Shown here piece after piece: positions 17,182-26,998 of a stretch of DNA of 36,640 bases. The notes under the pieces are model-generated. The model was given only the letters and a program-made list of their open reading frames with translations. It was not told the DNA's origin and did not search any database. How positions within the stretch are numbered: the first letter of the stretch is position 1; each line of letters starts with the position of its first letter. The position numbers and the translations under genes were made by a program. The stretch comes from a virus (taxonomy: Duplodnaviria; Caudoviricetes), in IMG/VR virus record IMGVR_UViG_3300042324_002041, positions 1-36,640 of that record; one strand, given 5' to 3'.

Positions 17182-17744
17182 ATTATAGAGAATTCGGAGT
17201 TAAATATAGGAATACAACCACAAAATGTTTTTTGATGAAAACGAGATCTTGCCATAGAGAAACGATTTAAAGCCTCTATCAAAACCTCTTTAGATCCCCT
17301 AATCACTTTAGGAAGAATTAATTTAGGATTCTCGGAGAAAAGTCTTTCTAACCCTTTTAATTGCAACTCATTACAAACTTTTAAAAGGTTCTCCATAAAT
17401 GGGGCAAATCTAAAATCCTGAACCGTAATATTTTCTTGAACTATTTCGAATCCATCTCTAGTCATTTTTAGTTTAGAAATTTCAGATTGCAAATCTGAAT
17501 GAATACTAATAACTTCCCAATCAATTAATGTAAATTGATCAGCAATTAAATTACCAGAAGACAATACAGATAAATAAACATTAAGAGCGTCATCTTGAGG
17601 AGCTAAATCTCCGAGATTTACAACTCCATGAGGTATTCCATCAAGAGGCTTGTAAGATAAAACAGCGATATTTTCATTGGAGCTTTTCAAAAAAGCTCTC
17701 AAATTCTCTTCTTTTTGATGAGGATAAAAAGTTGTTAAAAACAT
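17178..17744 (-). CDS. Hypothetical protein
   Basis: 188-aa ORF in the operon. Confidence 0.65.
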   Translation of the reverse strand: MFLTTFYPHQKEENLRAFLKSSNENIAVLSYKPLDGIPHGVVNLGDLAPQDDALNVYLSVLSSGNLIADQFTLIDWEVISIHSDLQSEISKLKMTRDGFEIVQENITVQDFRFAPFMENLLKVCNELQLKGLERLFSENPKLILPKVIRGSKEVLIEALNRFSMARSRFHQKTFCGCIPIFNSEFSII

Positions 17745-17756
17745 TTTTTACGTACT

Positions 17757-18614
17757 TTAGTTTTTAGAAGAGTTTGCTTTTAATACAGTTATAAAGCTCA
17801 TTGCAGCAGCAGGATCAATCCTTTCTACTGTTACCCATTTAGGATTCCATTCGAAGCCTTCTTTAATAGCATATTCTTTTAAATCATTTATATCTAAAGA
17901 ATATTTTTCTAAATGCTGGGCAAGCAAAGATTGTATCTTCACAGTTTGAGCTTCCGCTTTTAAATCATCCTGCTTCATTTCATCTTGACCCAAAGATATA
18001 ATACCCAAAGAGTGCCTTACAGCTCGAATAAAAGCTCTGTTTTCAGCAATAGTATCGAGAAATTTAGAGAACTTCTCATCTGTATTAGAAGGTGAAGCAT
18101 TGGCTGTAGCAGAGAAAGAGAATCCGTCTGGATTTTCAACATTCGGAATCCAATCAATAATAACTGTAGTTGTTACCCCTTCGCTAGGAGAAGTTACTGA
18201 GATAGGGTGAACTCGCTTTACTCCTCTTATAGAGGCCAGCTCTCTAAATCCTGCCAGCTTAATCACAAGATCTTCTTCAGGAGACTCATCTATCAATCTG
18301 TCTACATCTTCCTGATTAAAATCTTCTAATGATACGCCCCTAGCTGCAAAATTGTACTTGTTAAGCACAACATGCTCTCTTGGAATAAGCTTTCTCCAAT
18401 CTATAAGACCATTAGATTTTATAGGATATTTAACCCTATTTAGAAGACCCATTTCATTACGAATAGGTATAAAGTCTTCATTCTTTGGGTCTATAAACTC
18501 GATAGGATTATTAACTCCTGTAACAGCAGCAGCTACAGGAACTTTTCGAGGAGCTGGTTTAGCAGGCTCTTCTTTCGAGTCTTTAATATCAGAATTTTTA
18601 TTAGATTTTAACAT
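17757..18614 (-). CDS. Putative single-strand annealing protein (Rad52/Sak-like fold)
   Basis: A.A.A...N and AENRAFIRAVR..LGI resemble the AETRA..RA motif; replication context. Confidence 0.5.
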   Translation of the reverse strand: MLKSNKNSDIKDSKEEPAKPAPRKVPVAAAVTGVNNPIEFIDPKNEDFIPIRNEMGLLNRVKYPIKSNGLIDWRKLIPREHVVLNKYNFAARGVSLEDFNQEDVDRLIDESPEEDLVIKLAGFRELASIRGVKRVHPISVTSPSEGVTTTVIIDWIPNVENPDGFSFSATANASPSNTDEKFSKFLDTIAENRAFIRAVRHSLGIISLGQDEMKQDDLKAEAQTVKIQSLLAQHLEKYSLDINDLKEYAIKEGFEWNPKWVTVERIDPAAAMSFITVLKANSSKN

Positions 18615-18619
18615 ATACT

Positions 18620-18940
18620 TTACTGAAGTCTGCTGTAAATTTTTATAACATTCTGAATGTCTTCGAAAGAGGTATCTGGGCTATCATTAAATTCTGCAAC
18701 AAACAAATTTTTTCCAGTATACATTTCTATAGCTTTAGAAAGCTTTGAAATTATTTTAGAACGAGATTGAGACTCTGGTTCAGTAAAATATGTAACCGCT
18801 CCATATAAAGAAAAACAAATTGGCTCTTTAACATCCTCCTTCCACTTCCTTACGAAGGAGAAATTAGAGCCATCTTTATTTAAAGCTCTACCATTTTGCA
18901 TCCATCTATTTTTATTAGTAAATATTTTATTGAGATTCAT
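18620..18940 (-). CDS. DUF6197-like phage protein
   Basis: W.Q...A, FSLYGAV, FND.P..SFEDI..V. Confidence 0.6.
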   Translation of the reverse strand: MNLNKIFTNKNRWMQNGRALNKDGSNFSFVRKWKEDVKEPICFSLYGAVTYFTEPESQSRSKIISKLSKAIEMYTGKNLFVAEFNDSPDTSFEDIQNVIKIYSRLQ

Positions 18941-20075
18941 TTTTAAATATTAAGGTATAATCTTTATTTTCTAGGAAATCTTTATCATTTATAAAACTTT
19001 CATCAAGTTTTACGACAGAAGAAGTAAGCTCTAAATCGTTTTTATAATGATAAATAGAAGCATATGTTTTATTGTTGCCTATATAAACTCGATTACATTT
19101 AAAGAATGTATCTCTAGTTTCTAATATGTCAAGAGGTTTTTCTTTTATTTTTTTGTAAACAGTGCATATGCCTAAACATTTAAATCTTGCCTCATTTAAA
19201 GCTTCTTCATCTTCACAAATAATACCTATATTGATTAATTTAGATATACATTCTTTAATAAAATTAATATCTATATCTTTATCGCAAAAATAAATAATAC
19301 TTTTTATATTAGCTACATTAAGATTACTTAAATCGAAAGATGTCTTTGTGGTTATATCAACTTTAGAGACTTTTGTAGCATAAGGTAAATATTGTATATT
19401 GTTGCAAATATCTAACCTGTAATTAAAAACATTATCAATCAATTCTCTAGGAAAACTTTTATCAGGAATGAAATTTAAAAATCTCGGACCATATTTATCC
19501 CCTATGTACAATGTCTTATAATTTACAGTGCTATCTATATCTAATTTTTGCAAAATAGCTTTAGCTACAATTTCAGGTTTTATATGATTGATATTTTTAG
19601 GCCACTCATCTTGTTTATAATTCCATTTCGCAGTTTTTAATTCAGATCCTATATATAAAACTTTATCGAAATCAGGTTTTATCATCTTACTTGGAAAATT
19701 ACTCCCCAATAAAATCAAATCTTTTTTATAAACCCTACATAATTTAGCTGTTAAAATATTAGACGTAATACAAAGTTTACTATTTTTTATCAAATAAGCT
19801 AACTGCCTTATAGTCAGTTGACTTCTGAGGTCTATAGAATTAGGAACTAAAGGATCACTTAAATCTCCCACTTGAACTACTTCAATATTCAATAGACTTA
19901 ACTCTTTTGAAATAATAGAAAGAACCTCTGGAGAATAATCGTAAATTTGGGATTTCTTCTCAGAGCCAGTTTGATAAATAATATATTTTTTAGGAACTGG
20001 AAAAAAATTTTCTGGAAAATTCTCTTCTTTCTTTAATTCATCTAAACCACAATGTTGAAATATTTTCTTTAACAT
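18927..20075 (-). CDS. GT9 (heptosyltransferase)-like C-terminal Rossmann domain plus unknown domain
   Basis: VVQVG, IDLRSQLTIRQLAYLIKNSKLCI, I..IKPE.V. Confidence 0.6.
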   Translation of the reverse strand: MLKKIFQHCGLDELKKEENFPENFFPVPKKYIIYQTGSEKKSQIYDYSPEVLSIISKELSLLNIEVVQVGDLSDPLVPNSIDLRSQLTIRQLAYLIKNSKLCITSNILTAKLCRVYKKDLILLGSNFPSKMIKPDFDKVLYIGSELKTAKWNYKQDEWPKNINHIKPEIVAKAILQKLDIDSTVNYKTLYIGDKYGPRFLNFIPDKSFPRELIDNVFNYRLDICNNIQYLPYATKVSKVDITTKTSFDLSNLNVANIKSIIYFCDKDIDINFIKECISKLINIGIICEDEEALNEARFKCLGICTVYKKIKEKPLDILETRDTFFKCNRVYIGNNKTYASIYHYKNDLELTSSVVKLDESFINDKDFLENKDYTLIFKNESQ

Positions 20076-20076
20076 A

Positions 20077-21756
20077 TTAAAAATTATTTTTTATAAAATC
20101 TGTGCAAGTCCTTGCTATTTTTGGATGAAATGCCATATCGAAGAAACCTTTATGATCCTCTATACCTTCCATCGCAAAAATATCATCTAAAGCCGGACTA
20201 TAAGGAATAGTTTTCTTTATAAAATCTAAATGCTCAAACATTAATGGAAATAAAGTCGAAACATAATAATCCCATTCTGATTTTGGATATTTAAATTCTA
20301 ATTCTTCTAAAACAGCGATAGAATCTACACAGTCCCCAAGATTGCCGTCTTCGACATACAGAATTCTTTTTTTACCATTTTTAGTATCTATAAGGTCTTC
20401 TATAGAAACAGTTTTCTCATCTTTATCTTTAGAGAAAGAAAAATCATAATCTGTAAAAGGAAGATCATCTAAAAACTTTTCTATTTTAGCGCAAATTTTA
20501 TCACCATCAAAATTTTCTAAAGCCCATTTTCTTAAAGCTAATCCTTTTTCATATCTTTCTGTTTTTGTTAAAGAAGTAATCTTCTCCATAAACTCTACTA
20601 TAGAAGAAGGCAAAACTTGAGCTTTATCAAATTGAGAACCGTGCTCTCTATATAAACTAAAATCAAGAGGAAAGACTTCAGGATTTACTGTAAAATTTGT
20701 TCCATAAGCATAATTAGTGGTAGCTGTTGGCAGTCCGCAAAACAAAGCTTCTAAAACTGGCATTTCAAATCCGCCGCTAGTAGCTGGATGTATATAAGCA
20801 TCGCATATATTGTATAATCCACATAATTCTTTCTCTTCTACACCTACAGATACATTTGTAGTATTAACTCTTTTTTCCGATTTACAATTTTGACAATTCA
20901 TTTCCTGACCAAAGAAAGGCTTAACAGTTACGTCCTTACAAGAAGAACATACATAAGTAGTTAATACATCATCTCTTTTAACTCCGAACCTTTCTAAGAA
21001 TTCAGGAATACGCCAGCCTTCTGACCAATTTGTATGTAAAAATAATTTACAATCAATTTCTGGATGCTTTAATTTAAAAATAGAAAAAGCTTCTATAAGT
21101 GTGCCTACTAGTTTTCTGAGCTGATTTCTAAAAACAAATCCAAAAATAAAAGTTTTATCTGATATTCCAAACTTTCTTCTTACTTCTTTCTTTTGATTCT
21201 CTGAAAAAATTATGAAATCACTATGATCAATAAGAGCTGGCATATACTCTGACTCTATACCTTGTTCAGCAAGAGCGTCTTTAGCAAATTGAGCCTTTAC
21301 CCAAAGATTTCCAAATTTATCTTTTTGCTCTTTAAAAACTTTTAATAAAGGCAAAGAATCAACAGGCGTCCAAAAAACATGAGGAAATTTATTGATCCAA
21401 GGTTTATCGAAGTATGGCATCCCCCATATATCTTCTAACATAATTAGAGCATCAGGCTTTTCTGTCTCTAATACTCTATTCATATTATACTCTCCATATT
21501 GAATAGCTTGCATTTTAGATGGGTCATTCCGAAACTGATCTATTTCCCTTGGATTGTCAGGCATAGCTCCATAGCATTTCCAAGGCATAGATTTACATAC
21601 ATCATGACTCCAGTTAAATGCTCCAGCGGCATATTCTACTAAATCATATTTCCCAGTCTTAAAAAGATATGACAACAAGAATTTCATATGCCTTCCAAAA
21701 CCTGTATTTGCTAAACAAGAATTAGAGTGTAATACAATTTTTTTCTTTCTTTCCAT
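20077..21756 (-). CDS. GT4 glycosyltransferase with zinc-ribbon insert and C-terminal GT9-like N-lobe
   Basis: TGFGR, RNQLRK, YN.CD, GGFEMPVLEALFCGLP; CSSC..CQNC insert; C-terminal GNLGD. Confidence 0.8.
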   Translation of the reverse strand: MERKKKIVLHSNSCLANTGFGRHMKFLLSYLFKTGKYDLVEYAAGAFNWSHDVCKSMPWKCYGAMPDNPREIDQFRNDPSKMQAIQYGEYNMNRVLETEKPDALIMLEDIWGMPYFDKPWINKFPHVFWTPVDSLPLLKVFKEQKDKFGNLWVKAQFAKDALAEQGIESEYMPALIDHSDFIIFSENQKKEVRRKFGISDKTFIFGFVFRNQLRKLVGTLIEAFSIFKLKHPEIDCKLFLHTNWSEGWRIPEFLERFGVKRDDVLTTYVCSSCKDVTVKPFFGQEMNCQNCKSEKRVNTTNVSVGVEEKELCGLYNICDAYIHPATSGGFEMPVLEALFCGLPTATTNYAYGTNFTVNPEVFPLDFSLYREHGSQFDKAQVLPSSIVEFMEKITSLTKTERYEKGLALRKWALENFDGDKICAKIEKFLDDLPFTDYDFSFSKDKDEKTVSIEDLIDTKNGKKRILYVEDGNLGDCVDSIAVLEELEFKYPKSEWDYYVSTLFPLMFEHLDFIKKTIPYSPALDDIFAMEGIEDHKGFFDMAFHPKIARTCTDFIKNNF

Positions 21757-21782
21757 TTGATTTGTTTTTTAAAATATATAAT

Positions 21783-21817
21783 AAAAAAGGCCGCTCGCTT
21801 ATAAAGCGAGAAGCCTT
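21783..21817 (-). terminator. Intrinsic terminator after the SSB-like gene
   Basis: Minus-strand AAGGCUUCUCGCUUUAUAAGCGAGCGGCC followed by U6. Confidence 0.8.
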
Positions 21818-21837
21818 AGTTCAACTTTCAATTAAAG

Positions 21838-22488
21838 TTAAAATGGGATTTCATCTTCCTCTACACTTTCAGAGAATTTATCTTCTTCCCAATCAGAGGA
21901 CGTAGATTTAACATTTGTCAAAGGATATGTAGCAGAGCTTGGATTAGAAAGACTTGATTTAATCTTTTCGTTAAGAACTTTAATCTGCGCGACAAAGAAC
22001 TGGTCAATTTTATCGAAATCTCGAATAGTCTTACCCTTAAAAGTAATTTCTTCTGGAGATGGCAACTCAGAGGACTCAAACTTCCAAGTAACCTTGCTAT
22101 CATTTTGAGTTACATAATACGAATCATATCCAGTCTTTGAAAGATAATATCGAATTGATATATTATCGAAACTTTCTAGATTAAAAAAAGAATTCAACAA
22201 ACTTCTACTCGCAATATTCATGCGAAAAGGAATAAGATAACTCTCGTCGCCATCTTTGATGAAAGCTTTAACTCGGAAATATTTATCTCCCTTATATTCC
22301 TCTTCCACAGCTTCAATTTTAAATAGAGATCCAGATATGCTATTGATGGAATTGTCTTCAGAAGGAACCCACTTGTCTCCTTCTTTCGAAGAGATTTCGA
22401 AAAATGGCCTTACATTCTCTCCATTAATTTTTGAAACCGGCTTAAGGATTAAAAGCTTGCCACTTTTTTCATTTTTGTTTTGTAACAT
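21838..22488 (-). CDS. Putative single-stranded DNA-binding protein
   Basis: Acidic C-terminus ending EEDEIPF, like the SSB DDDIPF tail; beta-rich N-terminus; replication cluster. Confidence 0.65.
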   Translation of the reverse strand: MLQNKNEKSGKLLILKPVSKINGENVRPFFEISSKEGDKWVPSEDNSINSISGSLFKIEAVEEEYKGDKYFRVKAFIKDGDESYLIPFRMNIASRSLLNSFFNLESFDNISIRYYLSKTGYDSYYVTQNDSKVTWKFESSELPSPEEITFKGKTIRDFDKIDQFFVAQIKVLNEKIKSSLSNPSSATYPLTNVKSTSSDWEEDKFSESVEEDEIPF

Positions 22489-22601
22489 TCGATTGTTTTT
22501 TTATTTGGTTTTTGTTTTTTCGGAAAGAGGTTTTCACCTCAAAATTTTGTATACTATAATTACATTATAGATTCGAAAATGTTTCTTAAATTTCTATTTT
22601 T

Positions 22602-23000
22602 TTAGTTGCCATCATGCTCTGGCTGATCAGGTATAAAATCTTCGTCTTCGTCTTCTTGCTTTTCCCCGCCTTTTAGCAAATCAAGGAAAGTTTTGACAGC
22701 CATAGTTGCAAAATTAATTCTATCTTGCTCTGGTGCGAAAGAAACATACGAACTAAGGACTAACTGAAGAATAGATCCTACGAATTCATAATTGAAAGGA
22801 TGATCATCTACAGAATCAAAACTAGCAATTTTATATTTCAGTTCTTCTCCATCTTTATTTTCTACGATATCTTTTAAAATTATTCGAAACAATACACTAG
22901 GATTACTTTCGCCTACTGTTTCATCTACAGACGCTTCTGACTGTAGTTCTTCAAAATCTGCATCTTTTATTTCTGAATTTTCGTTTTTATTAATTTTCAT
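22602..23000 (-). CDS. Hypothetical acidic protein
   Basis: 132 aa, D/E-rich termini. Confidence 0.65.
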   Translation of the reverse strand: MKINKNENSEIKDADFEELQSEASVDETVGESNPSVLFRIILKDIVENKDGEELKYKIASFDSVDDHPFNYEFVGSILQLVLSSYVSFAPEQDRINFATMAVKTFLDLLKGGEKQEDEDEDFIPDQPEHDGN

Positions 23001-23001
23001 T

Positions 23002-24174
23002 TTATTCTATGTTTTTTAGTTCTGAGAGTTTTGTATAAGCTTTATGATTTTGGACTTCCATCTTATTTATCCAAAAAATATCATCGCCTTTTGTCCCCTT
23101 TATATACAATATATCTTCCTCTTTTGGCTCTTCATTATTTTCTAAATATTGAGCTAATTTGTCACCTAACAACATTGCATATTTAGTTCCTGTTTCATCA
23201 AAGATTTTCATCTTTAGATACCTATTACCATTCTTACTTTTGCCTGAAAGAGTATCTTTTACAATACAAATAAGTTCAAAATTGCCTTTAACAGGAACAT
23301 ACTGATCTATCTCATCTATATTACGAATGTCAATATTAAAATCTCCAAAAACCATTTTCATGGTAGTAGAATAAGAAAATCCTAAAAGCATTCTTTCGTA
23401 GAAGAATGATGCCAAGAGTTCATTACGACTATTGAGATTATATATTTTGAAATATCCTACAGAATTTTTACGAATAGTTTCTAAACGAGACTCTTTAGTA
23501 AACTTTTTACCATTCGAATCTATCCAATTCAAATAATCTTTAAGCATTATAATTAGATCAGAATTATATTTGCCTTCATTGTTTATACAAAATATCTTTT
23601 CTTTAGGAGTCAATAGGTTCCAGAGCTGAGCTTCCAAAACCTTCTTAGATCTATCCTTAACTGTATGACCTAAGGCCCCACTCTGGATCAGAGAAGAGAG
23701 AATACCTATCCCAAGTTTAGCGTCTTTAGCAGAATTATACAATTTAAAATCAGAATCTATATCAGAAGATATGAAACTCCTAAGCTTATCTATACTTTTA
23801 TCTGATATACCTTTTATCTCTCCTAGTCCGAATCTAATATTCTTTCCTTCAATAGAAAAACCTAATCCGCTTTTAGCTATATTTGGGGGCATAAGTTCAA
23901 TCCCAAAATGGGGCAACTCATGTTGGATAAGCTGAAACTGCTCTAAGAAATCACCTCTAGTAGAAGCTATCTTAAGACAAGCAAGAAAGAACTGTTGTGG
24001 ATATTTATGCTTTAGATAAACTGTTGAGGCTGCGATACTTGCATAACTAAAAGAATGGGAATTAGATACAACTATATCATCAGCATAAAAATTATGATTT
24101 TCACTATCCACCTCTAAATCTATAGAATCTTGTAATCCTATATGTTTTATATATTTAATTTTATTTGCTGTCAT
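23002..24174 (-). CDS. dnaE: DNA polymerase III alpha C-terminal part, preceded by a split C-intein
   Basis: 38-aa IntC ending HNFYADDIVVSN, then extein SHSFSYA..YLK..YP..F, PPNI..S, IRFGL..IKGI, ER.LLG, and an OB-fold end. Confidence 0.92.
   Translation of the reverse strand: MTANKIKYIKHIGLQDSIDLEVDSENHNFYADDIVVSNSHSFSYASIAASTVYLKHKYPQQFFLACLKIASTRGDFLEQFQLIQHELPHFGIELMPPNIAKSGLGFSIEGKNIRFGLGEIKGISDKSIDKLRSFISSDIDSDFKLYNSAKDAKLGIGILSSLIQSGALGHTVKDRSKKVLEAQLWNLLTPKEKIFCINNEGKYNSDLIIMLKDYLNWIDSNGKKFTKESRLETIRKNSVGYFKIYNLNSRNELLASFFYERMLLGFSYSTTMKMVFGDFNIDIRNIDEIDQYVPVKGNFELICIVKDTLSGKSKNGNRYLKMKIFDETGTKYAMLLGDKLAQYLENNEEPKEEDILYIKGTKGDDIFWINKMEVQNHKAYTKLSELKNIE
24061..24174 (-). mobile_element. 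Split intein C-fragment (IntC, 38 aa)
   Basis: Block F DLEV...HNFYA and block G VVSN followed by Ser+1. Confidence 0.9.
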
Positions 24175-25181
24175 TTTTTAATCTCTTTTATATAATTATC
24201 CCTTATTTCTTTTGCATCAGATTGAGAGTTAGCACATCCGATATATTTACCCCTAAAATAACACACCCATCTATTAACACGTTTGCTGATATCCAAACAG
24301 ACACCGATATAGTTAGATGTTTTTTTGATCGTTTTCAAATTGGCTTGTTGACTTTTAATGAATTTTCTTTCATATCCTATTTTATCATTTTCATAATTTT
24401 TATATATAAACTCAAAAAATTTTATACATCCATTTACATTTCCAATATTGACTGTGCTTCCTTTACCCAATTTACTTCGGGTCTTATAGATAGAACACCT
24501 TATGCCTAATTCTTCACAAAGAATTTCAAAAAATTTCCAGTCTTGATCAATATTAGAAGATAATTGAATCTTAACAGATGGAGATTTTCCATTTTCATTC
24601 ATTTTAAATACGAAACAACCGTCCCCATCGAAATACCCTCTCCACCAATAATGCTTTAGATGATCAGGGATTAAATTTAAAATCTTAAATGGAGAACTCT
24701 TAGATTTTATTTCATAATCATTTTCTACCAAGAAATTTGAGATATATTTATCGGATAAGTAAAACATAACGCAAGGTTTCCCACTAATAACTTGACCCTT
24801 ATATACTCTTTGTAAAGCTTTTTTTTCATACGTTTTCCATTTAAAATCTCCCCATTTATCCAAAACTTTTTTTAAATAACTTGAATCAGACTTTGTGACT
24901 GTAACACTTATAAGATAAGACTTTTTAGAAGCTTTACTTACAGATCCATCTGCCCACAAAAATCCTAATGTATAAACAATTTCAGGAGTCCATAAATTTA
25001 TATAATCATTTATATCGCATTTATAATCTTTATTACTTTTTATTTTATTTTTTAATACGAATGATTCTATTTGAGATGTTGTTTTATTTAATTTTTTACG
25101 ACAATAACCAACCCCAAAAATTGGAAAATATTTTTTTATAAACTCCCCTTCCTCATCATTAATTTTGTATTTATATGGCAT
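24171..25181 (-). CDS. Free-standing LAGLIDADG homing endonuclease
   Basis: Two motifs YTLGFLWADG and WWRGYFDGDG; C-terminal AP2-like TSNYIGV..W. Confidence 0.9.
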   Translation of the reverse strand: MPYKYKINDEEGEFIKKYFPIFGVGYCRKKLNKTTSQIESFVLKNKIKSNKDYKCDINDYINLWTPEIVYTLGFLWADGSVSKASKKSYLISVTVTKSDSSYLKKVLDKWGDFKWKTYEKKALQRVYKGQVISGKPCVMFYLSDKYISNFLVENDYEIKSKSSPFKILNLIPDHLKHYWWRGYFDGDGCFVFKMNENGKSPSVKIQLSSNIDQDWKFFEILCEELGIRCSIYKTRSKLGKGSTVNIGNVNGCIKFFEFIYKNYENDKIGYERKFIKSQQANLKTIKKTSNYIGVCLDISKRVNRWVCYFRGKYIGCANSQSDAKEIRDNYIKEIKK

Positions 25182-25207
25182 ATATTATACATATACACTA
25201 AATATAG

Positions 25208-25492
25208 CTATTTAGATATAATCTTTATATCTTCTTTAATAATTTCCCTTAAACTTTTCATAGAAAAGTTTTCTGTTAAAAACTTATGATCTAGAGAACA
25301 TTTAATTTTTTTTCCATCTTCAAGTTCTACCTCATACATTTCAACTTTATTATGATATATATTAAGGACTTCAACTAAATGATCTTTTTTCTTATCTATA
25401 TCAAAAGCTACAATAAAATCTCCTTTTTTTATATTTTTGATTTTTTCTTTTTTTCCGTTTTTTAAATCTACAAGAGAATCCAAAGATAAACA
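25208..25492 (-). mobile_element. Split intein N-fragment (IntN, 94 aa)
   Basis: Block A CLSLDSLV after extein YSFNK; block B IKCSLDHKF; TAG stop. Confidence 0.9.
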
Positions 25493-26995
25493 TTTATTGA
25501 AACTGTAGTTAGCACTTTGCTCCAAAATTTCCCATAATAGATCTGGAATCTGTTTATTCAATCCATTTTTCTCACAAGTTTCAAAGATAATATCTTTCCA
25601 CTTAGCCATCTCTTTGATTTTCTTCTTACCAATGCACTTACGGATTACTTCTCCGTCAGCTTTCGTAAGACCAATTTTCTCACACATCTGCATGGTAGAC
25701 TCTTGGTAAAGAGCCAAAGATGCAGTTGATTTCAAAAGCTCATCAAAGAATGGGTGGATAGACTCATTCTTACCTTCATTAACGAACTGGGCATACCTAT
25801 CAACGAACTGCAAAGCTCCGGGTCTAGCTAGAGCAGTAACTGCTGCTAGATCATCCATATTTTTAGGCTTTACTTTATTGACTACTCCTAGATTACAGTC
25901 TCCACTAATTTGGAAAAGTCCATATGGATACTTGACATCTTGAAGATGACTAAAGACATTTTCATAATTAATATCAAAATCTTCAGGTTTTAGATTTAGA
26001 TTGGAACAAACCTCATTGATAATGCCGACAGCTTTTAATCCCAGCAAGTCAAGCTTAATATTATCAAGCTGAGCGTAATTCATATCGTAGCTTGTAACCA
26101 TTTCATCTTCTCCCATTTCACATGGGATAGAATCAACAAGTTTATTATAAGACACAATATAAGCACTAGCGTGAGAACCTTTAGAACAGTTCAATTCTGA
26201 AAGTTTTAATGCTATTTTATATGCTTTAGGATTTTCTTTTACGAACTCCGCAAAAGACGGAACTTCTTTTACAGCATTTTTTAAGGAATGCACCTTCCCA
26301 AATAGAGAAGGAATTTGTGAAGAAATTTCGAGACTTTGTTGTTCTGAATATCCCAAAACAATTTTACAAACCTCTTTAATATTCTTTCTACTTTGCAATG
26401 TACTGTAAGTAGAAACTTTACAAAAATAGCCATCATATTTTTTCTTTAGAATTTCAATTAGTATTTCCCGTTTAGAGTCCTCAATATCAAGATCAATATC
26501 TGCGGCATCGGAATAATATTTAATACCGTCTACTATATTAGGTGTTGTTCTCGAAGGAGACAAAAACCTTTCAAAATATAGACCATTTTTTACAGGGTCA
26601 ATATTAGTTACACCAAGACAATACAGAACTAAACTAGATGCCGCACTGCCTCTACCCGGCCCTACAGCAATACTATTCTTTTTAGCAATATTGACGACAT
26701 CCCATACCATCAATAAATAATCTACGAAATCTGTGGGGCTAATAACACCCATCTCATAAGACAATCTATCTCTATAAGATTTCTCTTCTTTCGGGTCAAT
26801 ATCATTCTTTAATCTTTTTTCGAATCCCTTTTCAACTAGAATATTAAAAAGCTCTAAACTTGTCAAGTCAGAACCATTTAAGCTAAAAGGAAGATCTAGC
26901 GTAGCATGATCCTCTTTGCTTAAACAAAACTTTGGGAGCCTAATCCCATGGATATTAAGATCTATTTTTTCGAATCTATCTAAAAAGGGTAACAT
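25208..26995 (-). CDS. dnaE: DNA polymerase III alpha catalytic core, ending in a split N-intein
   Basis: GPGRGSAASSLV, FERFL, DIDLD, HAS, KLDLLGL, LFQ, AL.RPG, YQE, YSFNK. Confidence 0.95.
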   Translation of the reverse strand: MLPFLDRFEKIDLNIHGIRLPKFCLSKEDHATLDLPFSLNGSDLTSLELFNILVEKGFEKRLKNDIDPKEEKSYRDRLSYEMGVISPTDFVDYLLMVWDVVNIAKKNSIAVGPGRGSAASSLVLYCLGVTNIDPVKNGLYFERFLSPSRTTPNIVDGIKYYSDAADIDLDIEDSKREILIEILKKKYDGYFCKVSTYSTLQSRKNIKEVCKIVLGYSEQQSLEISSQIPSLFGKVHSLKNAVKEVPSFAEFVKENPKAYKIALKLSELNCSKGSHASAYIVSYNKLVDSIPCEMGEDEMVTSYDMNYAQLDNIKLDLLGLKAVGIINEVCSNLNLKPEDFDINYENVFSHLQDVKYPYGLFQISGDCNLGVVNKVKPKNMDDLAAVTALARPGALQFVDRYAQFVNEGKNESIHPFFDELLKSTASLALYQESTMQMCEKIGLTKADGEVIRKCIGKKKIKEMAKWKDIIFETCEKNGLNKQIPDLLWEILEQSANYSFNKCLSLDSLVDLKNGKKEKIKNIKKGDFIVAFDIDKKKDHLVEVLNIYHNKVEMYEVELEDGKKIKCSLDHKFLTENFSMKSLREIIKEDIKIISK

Positions 26996-26998
26996 ATT

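Noticed and set aside
24171-25207. Group I intron hosting the LAGLIDADG gene
   Set aside because: Only 26 nt upstream and an overlap downstream, leaving no room for a ribozyme core; intein motifs explain the break
24061-25492. One contiguous intein broken by sequencing errors
   Set aside because: Three different frames would need two separate errors; each piece has a clean start and stop, and there is an ATGA coupling
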